Assembly (NCBI GenBank): GCA_028711705.1
Contig: JAQTRS010000001.1
Coordinates: forward strand, 201,657-265,656
From: Candidatus Moraniibacteriota bacterium
GTDB taxonomy: Bacteria > Patescibacteriota > Minisyncoccia > Moranbacterales > UBA1568
Length of the DNA: 64,000 nt
Reading direction: 5' to 3'
A model generated the notes under the pieces. It saw nothing but the letters and a program-made list of their open reading frames with translations. It was not told where the DNA came from and did not search any database. Position 1 is the first letter of the stretch; every line of letters starts with the position of its first letter. Made by a program: the position numbers and the translations under genes. Shown here piece after piece: positions 9,398 through 17,843 of this stretch.

Positions 9398-9426
9398 ATG
9401 ATAGCATACTATGGAACAACCGTCAA
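9398..9426 (-). promoter_or_regulatory. sigma-70 promoter of cassette C (TTGACG-17-TATCAT); it shares a palindromic -10 (TATGATA) with the plus-strand miaA promoter
   Basis: -35 lies inside miaA codons 4-6. The plus-strand TATGAT sits 8 nt upstream of the miaA ATG, giving a leaderless-type start. Confidence 0.55.
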
Positions 9427-10316
9427 CGCAGCCAAAACCGCATCGGATACTGGCTATCGTCGGGCCGACGGCTTCGGGAAAATCTTCCCTCGCCATCGAA
9501 TTGGCCAAGAAATACGATGGCGAAATCATCTCCGCGGACAGTCGGCAGATTTATCGCGGGATGGATATCGGGACAGGCAAGGTCACTCCTGAAGAACAGA
9601 CTCTTGCCAAGCATCACCTCATCGATATTCGCGAACCGAGCGAGGACTACAATGTCACGGATTTCAAAAGAGATGCAGCGACGCTTATCGAAGATATTCA
9701 AAGCAGAGGCAAACTCCCTATCATTTGCGGAGGTACGCTCTTTTGGGTTCAATCACTCATAGACAATCAATCCTTTCCTGCCGTCCCGCCTAATCCGAAA
9801 CTTCGATCGGAGCTTGCGCCCCTTTCTTGCGAAATACTCTTTCAAAAACTACAAGCCTTGGATCCGAAGCGAGCCGAAACCATCGACGCCAAGAATCCCA
9901 TCAGGCTTATCCGTGCCATCGAAATCGCCACCGCCATCGGATCGGTTCCGGCACTGACGCAAACGAAACCTAATGAGAATTATTTCATCATCGCCCTCAA
10001 CCCGCCCAAAGAAATCCTCGATGCGAACATAAAAAAACGCCTGGAGGAACGCTTCAACGAAGGGATGATCGACGAGGTCCGCAACCTGAATACGCAAGGC
10101 ATATCCTGGGAAAGGCTGGAGGGATTCGGCCTGGAATACCGCTGGATAGCCCTGTTCCTACAGGGAAAAATAGACGAGCCAGCCATGAAAGAAAAACTCC
10201 GCTTCAACATCATACACTACGCCAAGCGCCAGCTCACCTGGCTGCGCCGATGGGAAAAACAGGGCGTGGATATCCGCTGGATACGAAGCGCTTCAGAAAT
10301 AGATCTGCTGTTTTAA
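9411..10316 (+). CDS. miaA: tRNA dimethylallyltransferase
   Basis: ILAIVGPTASGKS P-loop and DSRQIYRGMDIGTGK motif. Confidence 0.9.
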   Translation: MEQPSTQPKPHRILAIVGPTASGKSSLAIELAKKYDGEIISADSRQIYRGMDIGTGKVTPEEQTLAKHHLIDIREPSEDYNVTDFKRDAATLIEDIQSRGKLPIICGGTLFWVQSLIDNQSFPAVPPNPKLRSELAPLSCEILFQKLQALDPKRAETIDAKNPIRLIRAIEIATAIGSVPALTQTKPNENYFIIALNPPKEILDANIKKRLEERFNEGMIDEVRNLNTQGISWERLEGFGLEYRWIALFLQGKIDEPAMKEKLRFNIIHYAKRQLTWLRRWEKQGVDIRWIRSASEIDLLF

Positions 10317-10324
10317 AAACAAAA

Positions 10325-10357
10325 GGCGTCATGGAGATATCTCGTATCTCCGACGCC
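10325..10357 (+). terminator. putative miaA terminator hairpin (GGCGTC..GGAGATA-TCTCG-TATCTCC..GACGCC)
   Basis: Nested 6+7 bp stem followed by a weak U-rich stretch. Confidence 0.45.
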
Positions 10358-10705
10358 ATCGAGTTTCTTGTTCTGTGTCTTACACAGGTCAAAAAAAGAA
10401 ATCTTATTTAAGCGCACTGCGCCTCATGAGTATATGCTGCCAGCATCGCCAAGACCGCTGGCCCGTATCTATGCGTATCGAGTTTCGCATTTTTAACTTC
10501 AGCATAACACACTAACTCACCTTCGGGTGTGATCCCGCAAAGATGCCCGAGAGGGATATTGATAAGACATCGCGAACATTGTCCGAGAGTCTCTGAATTT
10601 TGGAATTTATGCGCATGGCAAGAAATGCCTGCATTCTCCGGATCTGTATATTGGTGACACATAAATAAATGTCCTCTGTAAGTTGTTAAGAAACAAGTAC
10701 GAAAA

Positions 10706-10733
10706 TCGGCTCAAAAAAAATCACCCACAAGGG
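10706..10733 (-). terminator. intrinsic terminator (ATCACCC-ACAA-GGGTGAT stem)
   Basis: Hairpin plus a U8 tract when read on the minus strand. The stem has the same sequence as the terminator at 16517-16535. Confidence 0.6.
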
Positions 10734-10906
10734 TGATCACATCACTTTAGAGAAACTGCCAAAATGTTGAGCTTGATTTTCATTAGTTCTAAGTATACTC
10801 CTCTCAAAACATCTGTCAAATAAAATATGAGGAGCCCGTATTGTAGTTCAATACAAGCTCCCGATCGCTTTTTCCGTATGTACTAACTATACGGGATTTT
10901 TGCTGG

Positions 10907-11086
10907 CTATATCTTCGCTGGGTGATCGCGTCGATATTCAAAACTTTCTTCAGTCGTTTTATTCAAGGCGTATTCTACGCCCATATTGGAGTTATCTTCG
11001 GATTGCGCTCCGTTGTTTTTAAAAACTTTAAAAACGAGGAAAAAGACAACCGCTAACACTAGTACTAAACCTACATCTACAACCAT
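10907..11086 (-). CDS. hypothetical 59-aa small membrane protein
   Basis: MVVDVGLVLVLAVVFFLVF TM helix. AAGGAGAG Shine-Dalgarno 6 nt upstream of the ATG. Lies downstream of gatB. Confidence 0.45.
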   Translation of the reverse strand: MVVDVGLVLVLAVVFFLVFKVFKNNGAQSEDNSNMGVEYALNKTTEESFEYRRDHPAKI

Positions 11087-11240
11087 GACACTCTCCTTTT
11101 TTGTTTTTTGATAGTTATATAACTTGATCGCCACTCCATATTGGCACCATATCGTCATTTTGTCAAGGGTTGTCAACAAATACATACCAAAAAAACCGCC
11201 CTTCGGAGTGAAAGGCGGTTTTGACTTCGACAGGTCTCCT

Positions 11241-12743
11241 TTACTGCAATTTCTTGGTCAGCACCCCTCCCACCACCTGAGGATTGGCCTTGCCTTTGGT
11301 TTCTTTCATGACCTGGCCGATCAGGAACTGGAAGGCGGCCTGCTTGCCGTTCTTGTAATCCTCCACCGATTGCTGATTGGCGGCCAAGATGGCGTCCACT
11401 ATCGCCTCAAGTGCCGATACGTCGCTCACCTGCGAAAGATTCTTCTCCTCGATGATATGCGATGGGTCATTGTCTCCGCCCTTATACATTTCTTCCAAAA
11501 CGATCTGGGCTGCGCTGGAGTTGATCTTTCCATCCCCGATAAAGCCGATGAGCTCCGCAAAATTCTCGGGCGTAATACGGATATCGCGGATAGTTTCTCC
11601 AGTTTTGATAAAATGCTTGCGGAGTTCCGAAATGATGTAGTTCGCCGTCAGCTTGATAAGTTTTTCCACGGGCGATTCTATCTCCTTGGCAGCGACCTTG
11701 GACGTCAGATCCATAATCACATTCTCAAAATAGGCAGCCAAATCCTTGTCGGACGCGAGCATGATCGCATCATCGGCATTAAGCTTATATTCTTCCTGGA
11801 AACGCATTTCCTTGGCCTGCGGAAGCTCCGGGAGCGAGCGCCTCATCGCGTCCACATAGTCCTTCGTGAAATGGAGCGGCGGGATATCCGGCTCCGGGAA
11901 ATAACGGTAGTCGTGAGCGGATTCCTTCTTGCGCTGAGAGACGGTCTCACCTTTGCTCTCGTCCCATCCGCGGGTTTCCTGGATAATGGTCTCGCCCTCG
12001 TCGAGCATTTCCGTTTGGCGCTTGATCTCGAAATCGATGGCGCGCTCAACGGCCCGGAAGGAATTGATATTCTTGATCTCCGCCTTGGTGCCGCTCAAAC
12101 GATCCGCCCCTTCCTTATGCAAAGAGATATTGACCTCGCAGCGCATCTGCCCCTTCTCCATATCCGCATCCGAGATGCCGATATAGCGGAGCGTCTGCTG
12201 AAGCCTCTGACAGAAAGCGCGCGCCTCCTTGCCGGTCGAAATGTCCGGTTCCGTCACGAGTTCCATGAGCGGCACGCCGGCGCGATTGAAATCCACCAAG
12301 GTGTAGTCGGCACCCGCCGGATGCGATGACTTTCCGGTATCCTCTTCCATGTGGATACGCGTGATGCGTATGTCCTTGCCATGCGCCTTCGCTTCCGTTT
12401 CGGACGTCACGCCGTCGATAGTCATCACACCCCCCTCGCACAAGGGCTCGTCATACTGCGAGATCTGGTACCCCTTCGGGATGTCCGGATAAAAATAGTT
12501 CTTGCGATCGAATTTGGACAGCAATCGGATGGTGCAATTCAAAGCCAGACCGGCCCGCTGCACGAACTCGATAGCCTGGCGATTCGGCACCGGAAGCGTC
12601 CCGGGCTGCGCGGTGCACACCGGGCAGATATGCGTGTTGGGTTCTTTCTCGAGCCCCAAACCGTTCTTGCACGCGCAGAACATCTTCGACTGCGTCTTCA
12701 ATTCGACATGTACCTCCATGCCGATAACAGGAGTATATTTCAT
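11241..12743 (-). CDS. gatB: aspartyl/glutamyl-tRNA(Asn/Gln) amidotransferase subunit B
   Basis: MKYTPVIGMEVHVEL start, GatB/YqeY C-terminal domain. Confidence 0.92.
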   Translation of the reverse strand: MKYTPVIGMEVHVELKTQSKMFCACKNGLGLEKEPNTHICPVCTAQPGTLPVPNRQAIEFVQRAGLALNCTIRLLSKFDRKNYFYPDIPKGYQISQYDEPLCEGGVMTIDGVTSETEAKAHGKDIRITRIHMEEDTGKSSHPAGADYTLVDFNRAGVPLMELVTEPDISTGKEARAFCQRLQQTLRYIGISDADMEKGQMRCEVNISLHKEGADRLSGTKAEIKNINSFRAVERAIDFEIKRQTEMLDEGETIIQETRGWDESKGETVSQRKKESAHDYRYFPEPDIPPLHFTKDYVDAMRRSLPELPQAKEMRFQEEYKLNADDAIMLASDKDLAAYFENVIMDLTSKVAAKEIESPVEKLIKLTANYIISELRKHFIKTGETIRDIRITPENFAELIGFIGDGKINSSAAQIVLEEMYKGGDNDPSHIIEEKNLSQVSDVSALEAIVDAILAANQQSVEDYKNGKQAAFQFLIGQVMKETKGKANPQVVGGVLTKKLQ

Positions 12744-12770
12744 AAAATCACATTCAATACTTAAACCCCA

Positions 12771-13187
12771 CTAGCCCTCCCTCAAAAAATTCTCCAACAC
12801 CTCGGTCAGATCCTCAAGATTCTCATAGGCCTGCACCTCGATATTGGCATTGCCGGCAAGCATGGCCGAGACCCGCTTCCCCGCTCCAAGGCGATAGATG
12901 CACAGCACCGGCTTCTCCATCGTTTCCGCTCGAGCGATCTCATAGCCCACGCCCAAACTCGGCGTACTCACTTCGGCCACGACAACATCCGCTTGCGACA
13001 GCCAGCTCATGTCCCGCTCATAGATCTCTTGGTCGAGCATCTCCTGCTCACCCTCTTCCGAAAGGGACTTTTTACCGAGATGCTCCGTCGCCACCATTCC
13101 GTAACTACCGAGCAGCTTGATGATATCCGCATAAAGCAGCGAGTCCTCGCGTCCGCCTCGTACCAATGCTGCAAAATAGATATTCAT
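12771..13187 (-). CDS. 2'-deoxynucleoside 5'-phosphate N-hydrolase (DNPH1/Rcl) family protein
   Basis: MNIYFAALVRGGRED...QADVVVAEVSTPSLGVGYEIA closely matches the DNPH1/Rcl family, which belongs to the nucleoside 2-deoxyribosyltransferase fold. Confidence 0.75.
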   Translation of the reverse strand: MNIYFAALVRGGREDSLLYADIIKLLGSYGMVATEHLGKKSLSEEGEQEMLDQEIYERDMSWLSQADVVVAEVSTPSLGVGYEIARAETMEKPVLCIYRLGAGKRVSAMLAGNANIEVQAYENLEDLTEVLENFLREG

Positions 13188-13199
13188 AATTTCTCAGTA

Positions 13200-13628
13200 T
13201 TAAAACTTTCCCGTGCTGCCGAAGCCGTTCTCGCCGCGATCCGCCTCCCCTAATTCATCAACTTCCTCCACCTCGCACAACTCCACTTTCTGAATGAGAA
13301 GTTGGGCGATCTTGTGTCCGACTTCGATCGCCACATCCTCATCGCCCAGGTTTTTCACGATCACCTGGATCTCACCGCGATAGCCCGCATCGATCACACC
13401 ACCCATAATGGTGATGCCTGACTTGAGAGCCAGGCCGGACTTATCCCACACCAAACCGACGAAACCGGAAGGGATGGCCACAGCGATGCCGGTTTTGACA
13501 CCCGCGCGGTCCCCCGGTTTCAGAACGATAGTTTCAACGGAATACAGATCCACCCCCGCGTCATCCAAATGCGCTCGGGAAGGAATTTTCGCCTCCGGAT
13601 GGAGTTTTTTTACTTGCAGATGTGTCAT
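13200..13628 (-). CDS. dut: dUTP diphosphatase
   Basis: AGVDL, GLALKSGITIMGGVIDAGYRGE and GFGSTG motifs. Confidence 0.9.
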   Translation of the reverse strand: MTHLQVKKLHPEAKIPSRAHLDDAGVDLYSVETIVLKPGDRAGVKTGIAVAIPSGFVGLVWDKSGLALKSGITIMGGVIDAGYRGEIQVIVKNLGDEDVAIEVGHKIAQLLIQKVELCEVEEVDELGEADRGENGFGSTGKF

Positions 13629-13675
13629 AAGAATATATACGTCTATTGCTATTAAATCTTCGATACTTCCCTATT

Positions 13676-14281
13676 TTAAACCATTTTTTCAATAAGAGCA
13701 ACCAAATGCCGGTGAACATCCTCAATAGGTTGATTGGCATTTGCCACCGTCCAGCCATACTTATGTGCCAAGAGAATATGGAAGTTTTTGCAGATCGCGA
13801 TACGTTCGCTTTCCATTTCGTTACGGTGATCCTTTTCGATAGCAGTATCGAAACGATGCCCGTGCATCAGAATCGATATATCCGGTTCCATTGCAGCCTT
13901 ATTTATTTCCTCCAGGTATTCAATATCCGAGCCCCAGGTCAAACCCCACGCCATACCCGTCCCCTTATAGTCCTCCGCCACGATCCACTCCCCCGCCTCA
14001 AGCCTCGCCCGAAGCTCCGGCTCATAGCGAGTGCGATTGTCCGCATACAGCTTCTGCAGCTCATCCGTTGTCTTAGGATTCTCCTCGCGAAACTTCGGAT
14101 CCCTCAAATATTTATAGATAAACGGCCCCTCTGGTTCCAGGTCATATACCGGCACCTTAAGCCGACTCGCCTGCTTACCTTGCGACTGCAAATATTCCAC
14201 TAGCAAATTCGTCTGCGTTGTTTTTCCAATACCATTCACACCATAGACCGCTACTAGTTTTCCTTTTTGTGGTTGTTTCAT
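13676..14281 (-). CDS. tmk: thymidylate (dTMP) kinase-like P-loop kinase
   Basis: LVAVYGVNGIGKTTQ P-loop and a Tmk-like fold. The ATG start is at 14279-14281 (MKQPQ). Confidence 0.65.
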   Translation of the reverse strand: MKQPQKGKLVAVYGVNGIGKTTQTNLLVEYLQSQGKQASRLKVPVYDLEPEGPFIYKYLRDPKFREENPKTTDELQKLYADNRTRYEPELRARLEAGEWIVAEDYKGTGMAWGLTWGSDIEYLEEINKAAMEPDISILMHGHRFDTAIEKDHRNEMESERIAICKNFHILLAHKYGWTVANANQPIEDVHRHLVALIEKMV

Positions 14282-14312
14282 ATACAATACATTACAATTC
14301 TAACAAACATCT

Positions 14313-14801
14313 TTATTTTTCTAAAACTACAAATTCATACCGATATATGCCATTATCTCCACTCTTTCGACTGATAACTTTCTGAAATATCGTTTCATAT
14401 TCGGGAAAGAAAACATCTGCATCAAATTCACCCTCCACTAAAGTCAGGTAGAGCCTGTCCGCAAGACCAATGAACTGCTTGTACACCGATCCGCCCCCAA
14501 TGATAAAGACATTCTCTTTCTCAGTTTCACGAGCCGTTGCAAGAGCTTCATCTAACGATCCGACAACTACGCATCCGGAAGGCTGGAATGTGGGATCGAG
14601 AGTAAGCACAATATTTGTCCGATGAGGCAATGGTCGCCCGATGGATTCATACGTTTTTTGTCCCATAATCACAGCACATCCGGTCGTCATTTCCCGAAAA
14701 TGGTGCATATCTTCAGGAATATTCCAGAGCAAAGCATTGTCTTTCCCAAGCTCCCTCTTTTTTCCGATAGCAGCGATGATATTGATACGAGGATAATTCA
14801 T
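14313..14801 (-). CDS. folA: dihydrofolate reductase
   Basis: INIIAAIGKKRELGKDNALLWNIPEDMHHFREMT and IMGQKTYESIG motifs. Start trimmed to MNYPRINII with an AAGGAA RBS. Confidence 0.85.
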   Translation of the reverse strand: MNYPRINIIAAIGKKRELGKDNALLWNIPEDMHHFREMTTGCAVIMGQKTYESIGRPLPHRTNIVLTLDPTFQPSGCVVVGSLDEALATARETEKENVFIIGGGSVYKQFIGLADRLYLTLVEGEFDADVFFPEYETIFQKVISRKSGDNGIYRYEFVVLEK

Positions 14802-14824
14802 AGAGGGTTTCCTTAAAATAAAAG

Positions 14825-14850
14825 GGCGCGTTTCAAAAAAGAAACGCGCC
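14825..14850 (-). terminator. perfect 10-bp hairpin (GGCGCGTTTC-AAAAAA-GAAACGCGCC) followed by a U-tract between thyA and folA; putative attenuator
   Basis: Located between the thyA stop (14864) and the folA RBS. There is no room for a separate folA promoter. Confidence 0.5.
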
Positions 14851-14863
14851 GCACAACCATACA

Positions 14864-15781
14864 TTATACTGCTATCGGCGCATTAATGGCATCATGCGAT
14901 TGATATCCTTCCAAAGTAAAATCCTCAACTTTGAAATCAAAGATATCTTTCACATCCGGATTGAGCTTCATGATTGGGAGAGAATATGGCGTACGCGTCA
15001 ATTGCAGAGCGACCTGATCCATGTGATTGCTATACAGATGCACATCACCACCCGTCCATACAAAATCCCCGACCTTAAGATCGCACACCTGAGCCATCAT
15101 CATCGTAAGCAGTGCGTACGAGGCGATATTGAAAGGTACGCCCAAAAAAGTATCACAACTTCTCTGGTACAACTGACATGAAAGTTTTCCATCCGCCACA
15201 TAAAACTGAAAAAAACAGTGACAGGGTGGCAAACCAGACTTAGCCATCTCATCGATATCCGCCACATTCCAGGCAGAGACAATCATTCTTCGCGAATCAG
15301 GCGATTTCTTGATCTGATCGATCACCTGAGTGATCTGATCAATATGACGACCATCAGGTGTCGGCCAACTCCTCCACTGATACCCATACACTGGGCCAAG
15401 CTCGCCATACTTGCGAGCAAAATCATTATCAGCTTTTATCTTTTTGATAAACGCAGCGATACCATCCCTCCACTCGTCAGAATCCTCCCGAGGCACCTTT
15501 TGTCCCATTGATTGCACATGCGCCTTATATGGCCAAGCATCCCAAATATGCACATTTCTATCTGCAAGGTATTTGATATTCGTATCGCCTTTCAAAAACC
15601 AGATAAGCTCCTCGATAATCCCTCGAATAAACATTTTCTTCGTCGTTACCAAGGGAAACCCTTGTGACAAATCAAATCGAGTTTGATAGCCAAAAACACT
15701 CCTGGTTCCCGTTCCGGTTCGATCCCCTTTTATCACGCCTTCTTCTGAAATTTTATGGAGAAGATCTAAATACTGTTTCAT
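14864..15781 (-). CDS. thyA: thymidylate synthase (ThyA, long form)
   Basis: [32 protein letters not shown]...[10 protein letters not shown] motifs. The Asn in PFNIAS indicates dUMP specificity. Confidence 0.92.
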   Translation of the reverse strand: MKQYLDLLHKISEEGVIKGDRTGTGTRSVFGYQTRFDLSQGFPLVTTKKMFIRGIIEELIWFLKGDTNIKYLADRNVHIWDAWPYKAHVQSMGQKVPREDSDEWRDGIAAFIKKIKADNDFARKYGELGPVYGYQWRSWPTPDGRHIDQITQVIDQIKKSPDSRRMIVSAWNVADIDEMAKSGLPPCHCFFQFYVADGKLSCQLYQRSCDTFLGVPFNIASYALLTMMMAQVCDLKVGDFVWTGGDVHLYSNHMDQVALQLTRTPYSLPIMKLNPDVKDIFDFKVEDFTLEGYQSHDAINAPIAV

Positions 15782-15868
15782 AGCGATTACCCCGTAGGCA
15801 AGATTGAAAGAACTTTATTCTATCTTATAGAACCCTTCAATCCTAACGGAAAATATATTAAAAGTCAA

Positions 15869-16429
15869 CTAAAAATTCTTATGCATCGCCGAGGCCTTGG
15901 GCCTCATATCCCCATGATACTTGCTATTCAACCCCTCCGATCCATACGGACGCTCGCACGGGGACGACAGGTACTCGAAGGCCATCTGTGCGATGGGCAT
16001 CTTGTAATACAGCTTGATCGGCAACGGTCCGGCATTGAACAATTCCAGCGTCATCTTGAGCGAATTACCCGGATCCAGATACCCGGCCGTCGTATGAATG
16101 ATCAAACCCAAACGTCCCAGAGAACTTTTGCCCTCCAGCCGTCCGACCAATCTGTTCGACACGCCCGTCTCCTCCAGGATCAGTCCGAGCGCGAATTCGC
16201 CGGGATGCAGGATGAACGGCTTATTGGGCTTAAGCTCCACCGGCGTCATCAGATCCTCCGCAGGGGCCTTGACGTCGATAATGAAGTTCTCGATGGTATT
16301 GAATACCAGAAATTGCTTGTCCAGATGCAGGTCCACGCTGGCTGGCTGCAAATGCTTCCGTGAAAACGGCTTGAGCGTGATTTCACCTCCCTTAATCTCT
16401 TTTGCGATGTCCTTATCCGATAAAATCAT
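15869..16429 (-). CDS. dcd: dCTP deaminase
   Basis: MILSDKDI start and a dUTPase-like fold with Dcd motifs. Confidence 0.88.
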   Translation of the reverse strand: MILSDKDIAKEIKGGEITLKPFSRKHLQPASVDLHLDKQFLVFNTIENFIIDVKAPAEDLMTPVELKPNKPFILHPGEFALGLILEETGVSNRLVGRLEGKSSLGRLGLIIHTTAGYLDPGNSLKMTLELFNAGPLPIKLYYKMPIAQMAFEYLSSPCERPYGSEGLNSKYHGDMRPKASAMHKNF

Positions 16430-16511
16430 AGCATTTCATTACATGATAATCTTCAGGTGCCATGGCACAATGACGCTAACTCCCTCTATGATACCGCATT
16501 TCAGACAAAAC

Positions 16512-16540
16512 AAAAAATCACCCCCATCGGGTGATTTTTT
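16512..16540. terminator. bidirectional intrinsic terminator (ATCACCC-CCATC-GGGTGAT) downstream of rplA
   Basis: A6 on one side and T6 on the other. Same stem sequence as the terminator at 10713-10730. Confidence 0.65.
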
Positions 16541-16550
16541 GTTTACACAA

Positions 16551-16577
16551 GATCCCTCGACTAGACTCGGGATGACA
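16551..16577. repeat. 27-bp repeat GATCCCTCGACTAGACTCGGGATGACA (copy 2), in the opposite orientation relative to its upstream gene
   Basis: 25 of 27 positions identical to 7632-7658. Also sits next to a terminator. Confidence 0.6.
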
Positions 16578-16589
16578 CAGGTAAAGTGA

Positions 16590-17279
16590 TTACATCTTAA
16601 CCTTGATGCCAGGACCCATGGTCGAGCAGACAGCGACCGACAGAACGTATCGCTTCTTCAAAACCTCGGGCTTCGCCTTCAAAACGACGTCGAATACCGC
16701 CTGGAAGTTATCCTGAAGCTTCTGGACATCGAAAGACAAGCGTCCGATAACCTGGTGGATGTTTCCGCTGTCATCGTTCTTGAAGCTCACCTTGCTTCCC
16801 TTCTTCAAGGCATCCACGACTTCCTTCACCTTGGCTGTGACGGTTTCGGTCTTCGGGTTCGGCATCAAGCCTTTCGGTCCGAGGATTTTCGCCACCATAG
16901 CGAGCTTAGGCATCATTTCGGGCGTAGCCACCACGACGTCGAAATCGACACCGGCAAGGATTTTCCCATTCTTGATTTCCTCAACCAACTCCTCGCCGCC
17001 GATCAGATCGGCGCCGGCCTCATTGGCGTCAGCCATCTTAGTCGATGTAATGACAGCCACCTTCTTTATGCGACCGACACCGTGCGGCAAGATAGCCGTA
17101 GAGCGGACCTGCTCATCACCCTTCTTCGGGTTGATACCGAGCTTGATATGCACCTCGACAGACTCGTCGAATTTGGCCAAGGCATTCGCCTTCACGAAAG
17201 CCAGAGCCTCTTCCAAAGAATACTCCTTGTCCTTCTCGATCTTCTCGACGACTGCGACGTATTTTTTTCCTCGTTTCAT
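16590..17279 (-). CDS. rplA: 50S ribosomal protein L1
   Basis: MKRGKKY start (trimmed). Conserved L1 sequence. Confidence 0.93.
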   Translation of the reverse strand: MKRGKKYVAVVEKIEKDKEYSLEEALAFVKANALAKFDESVEVHIKLGINPKKGDEQVRSTAILPHGVGRIKKVAVITSTKMADANEAGADLIGGEELVEEIKNGKILAGVDFDVVVATPEMMPKLAMVAKILGPKGLMPNPKTETVTAKVKEVVDALKKGSKVSFKNDDSGNIHQVIGRLSFDVQKLQDNFQAVFDVVLKAKPEVLKKRYVLSVAVCSTMGPGIKVKM

Positions 17280-17351
17280 AGTGATTGTCGTGGTACGAAC
17301 GCCCCGCCAAGCGAAGCTCCCACACATTAAATAAAATTACCTTCAATATTG

Positions 17352-17777
17352 TTATTCTGTAATCTTGATTCCCATCGAACGGGCGGTTCCGGCAACGATT
17401 CGCATCGCCATATCCACATCGTTCGCGTTCAGATCCTCCATCTTCGTCTCCGCTATCTCTCGCAACTGGTCCTGGGAAACGGTTCCCACCTTCTCTTTCA
17501 AAGGATTAGCAGCGCCCTTGGCTGTCTTGGCCGCTTTTTTCAAAAGTTCGGCTGCAGGAGGAGTCTTGAGTACGAACGTGAACGTACGGTCATCGAACAC
17601 GGTGATTTCCGCAGGAATGATATCGCCCATCTTATCGCGGGTCGCGTCATTGAACTTTGCGCAGAAATCCTGGATATTAAGGCCGTGCTGACCTAAGGCC
17701 GGTCCGACCGGAGGAGCTGGATTCGCCTTTCCTCCAGGAATTTGCAACTTGATAACCGTCTTGATATTCTTTGCCAT
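17352..17777 (-). CDS. rplK: 50S ribosomal protein L11
   Basis: [29 protein letters not shown] motif. Confidence 0.95.
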   Translation of the reverse strand: MAKNIKTVIKLQIPGGKANPAPPVGPALGQHGLNIQDFCAKFNDATRDKMGDIIPAEITVFDDRTFTFVLKTPPAAELLKKAAKTAKGAANPLKEKVGTVSQDQLREIAETKMEDLNANDVDMAMRIVAGTARSMGIKITE

Positions 17778-17843
17778 AATCGTGTGTGCTGCGAAATGAG
17801 AAGCTTTCGGTCGTTTCGCGTATTAATATGAACTTTCAATAAA

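Noticed and set aside
10408-10662. 84-aa Cys-rich minus-strand ORF in the miaA-gatB gap
   Set aside because: No RBS or promoter, odd composition, and no recognisable motif. The region is more likely non-coding (see finding on the long gap).
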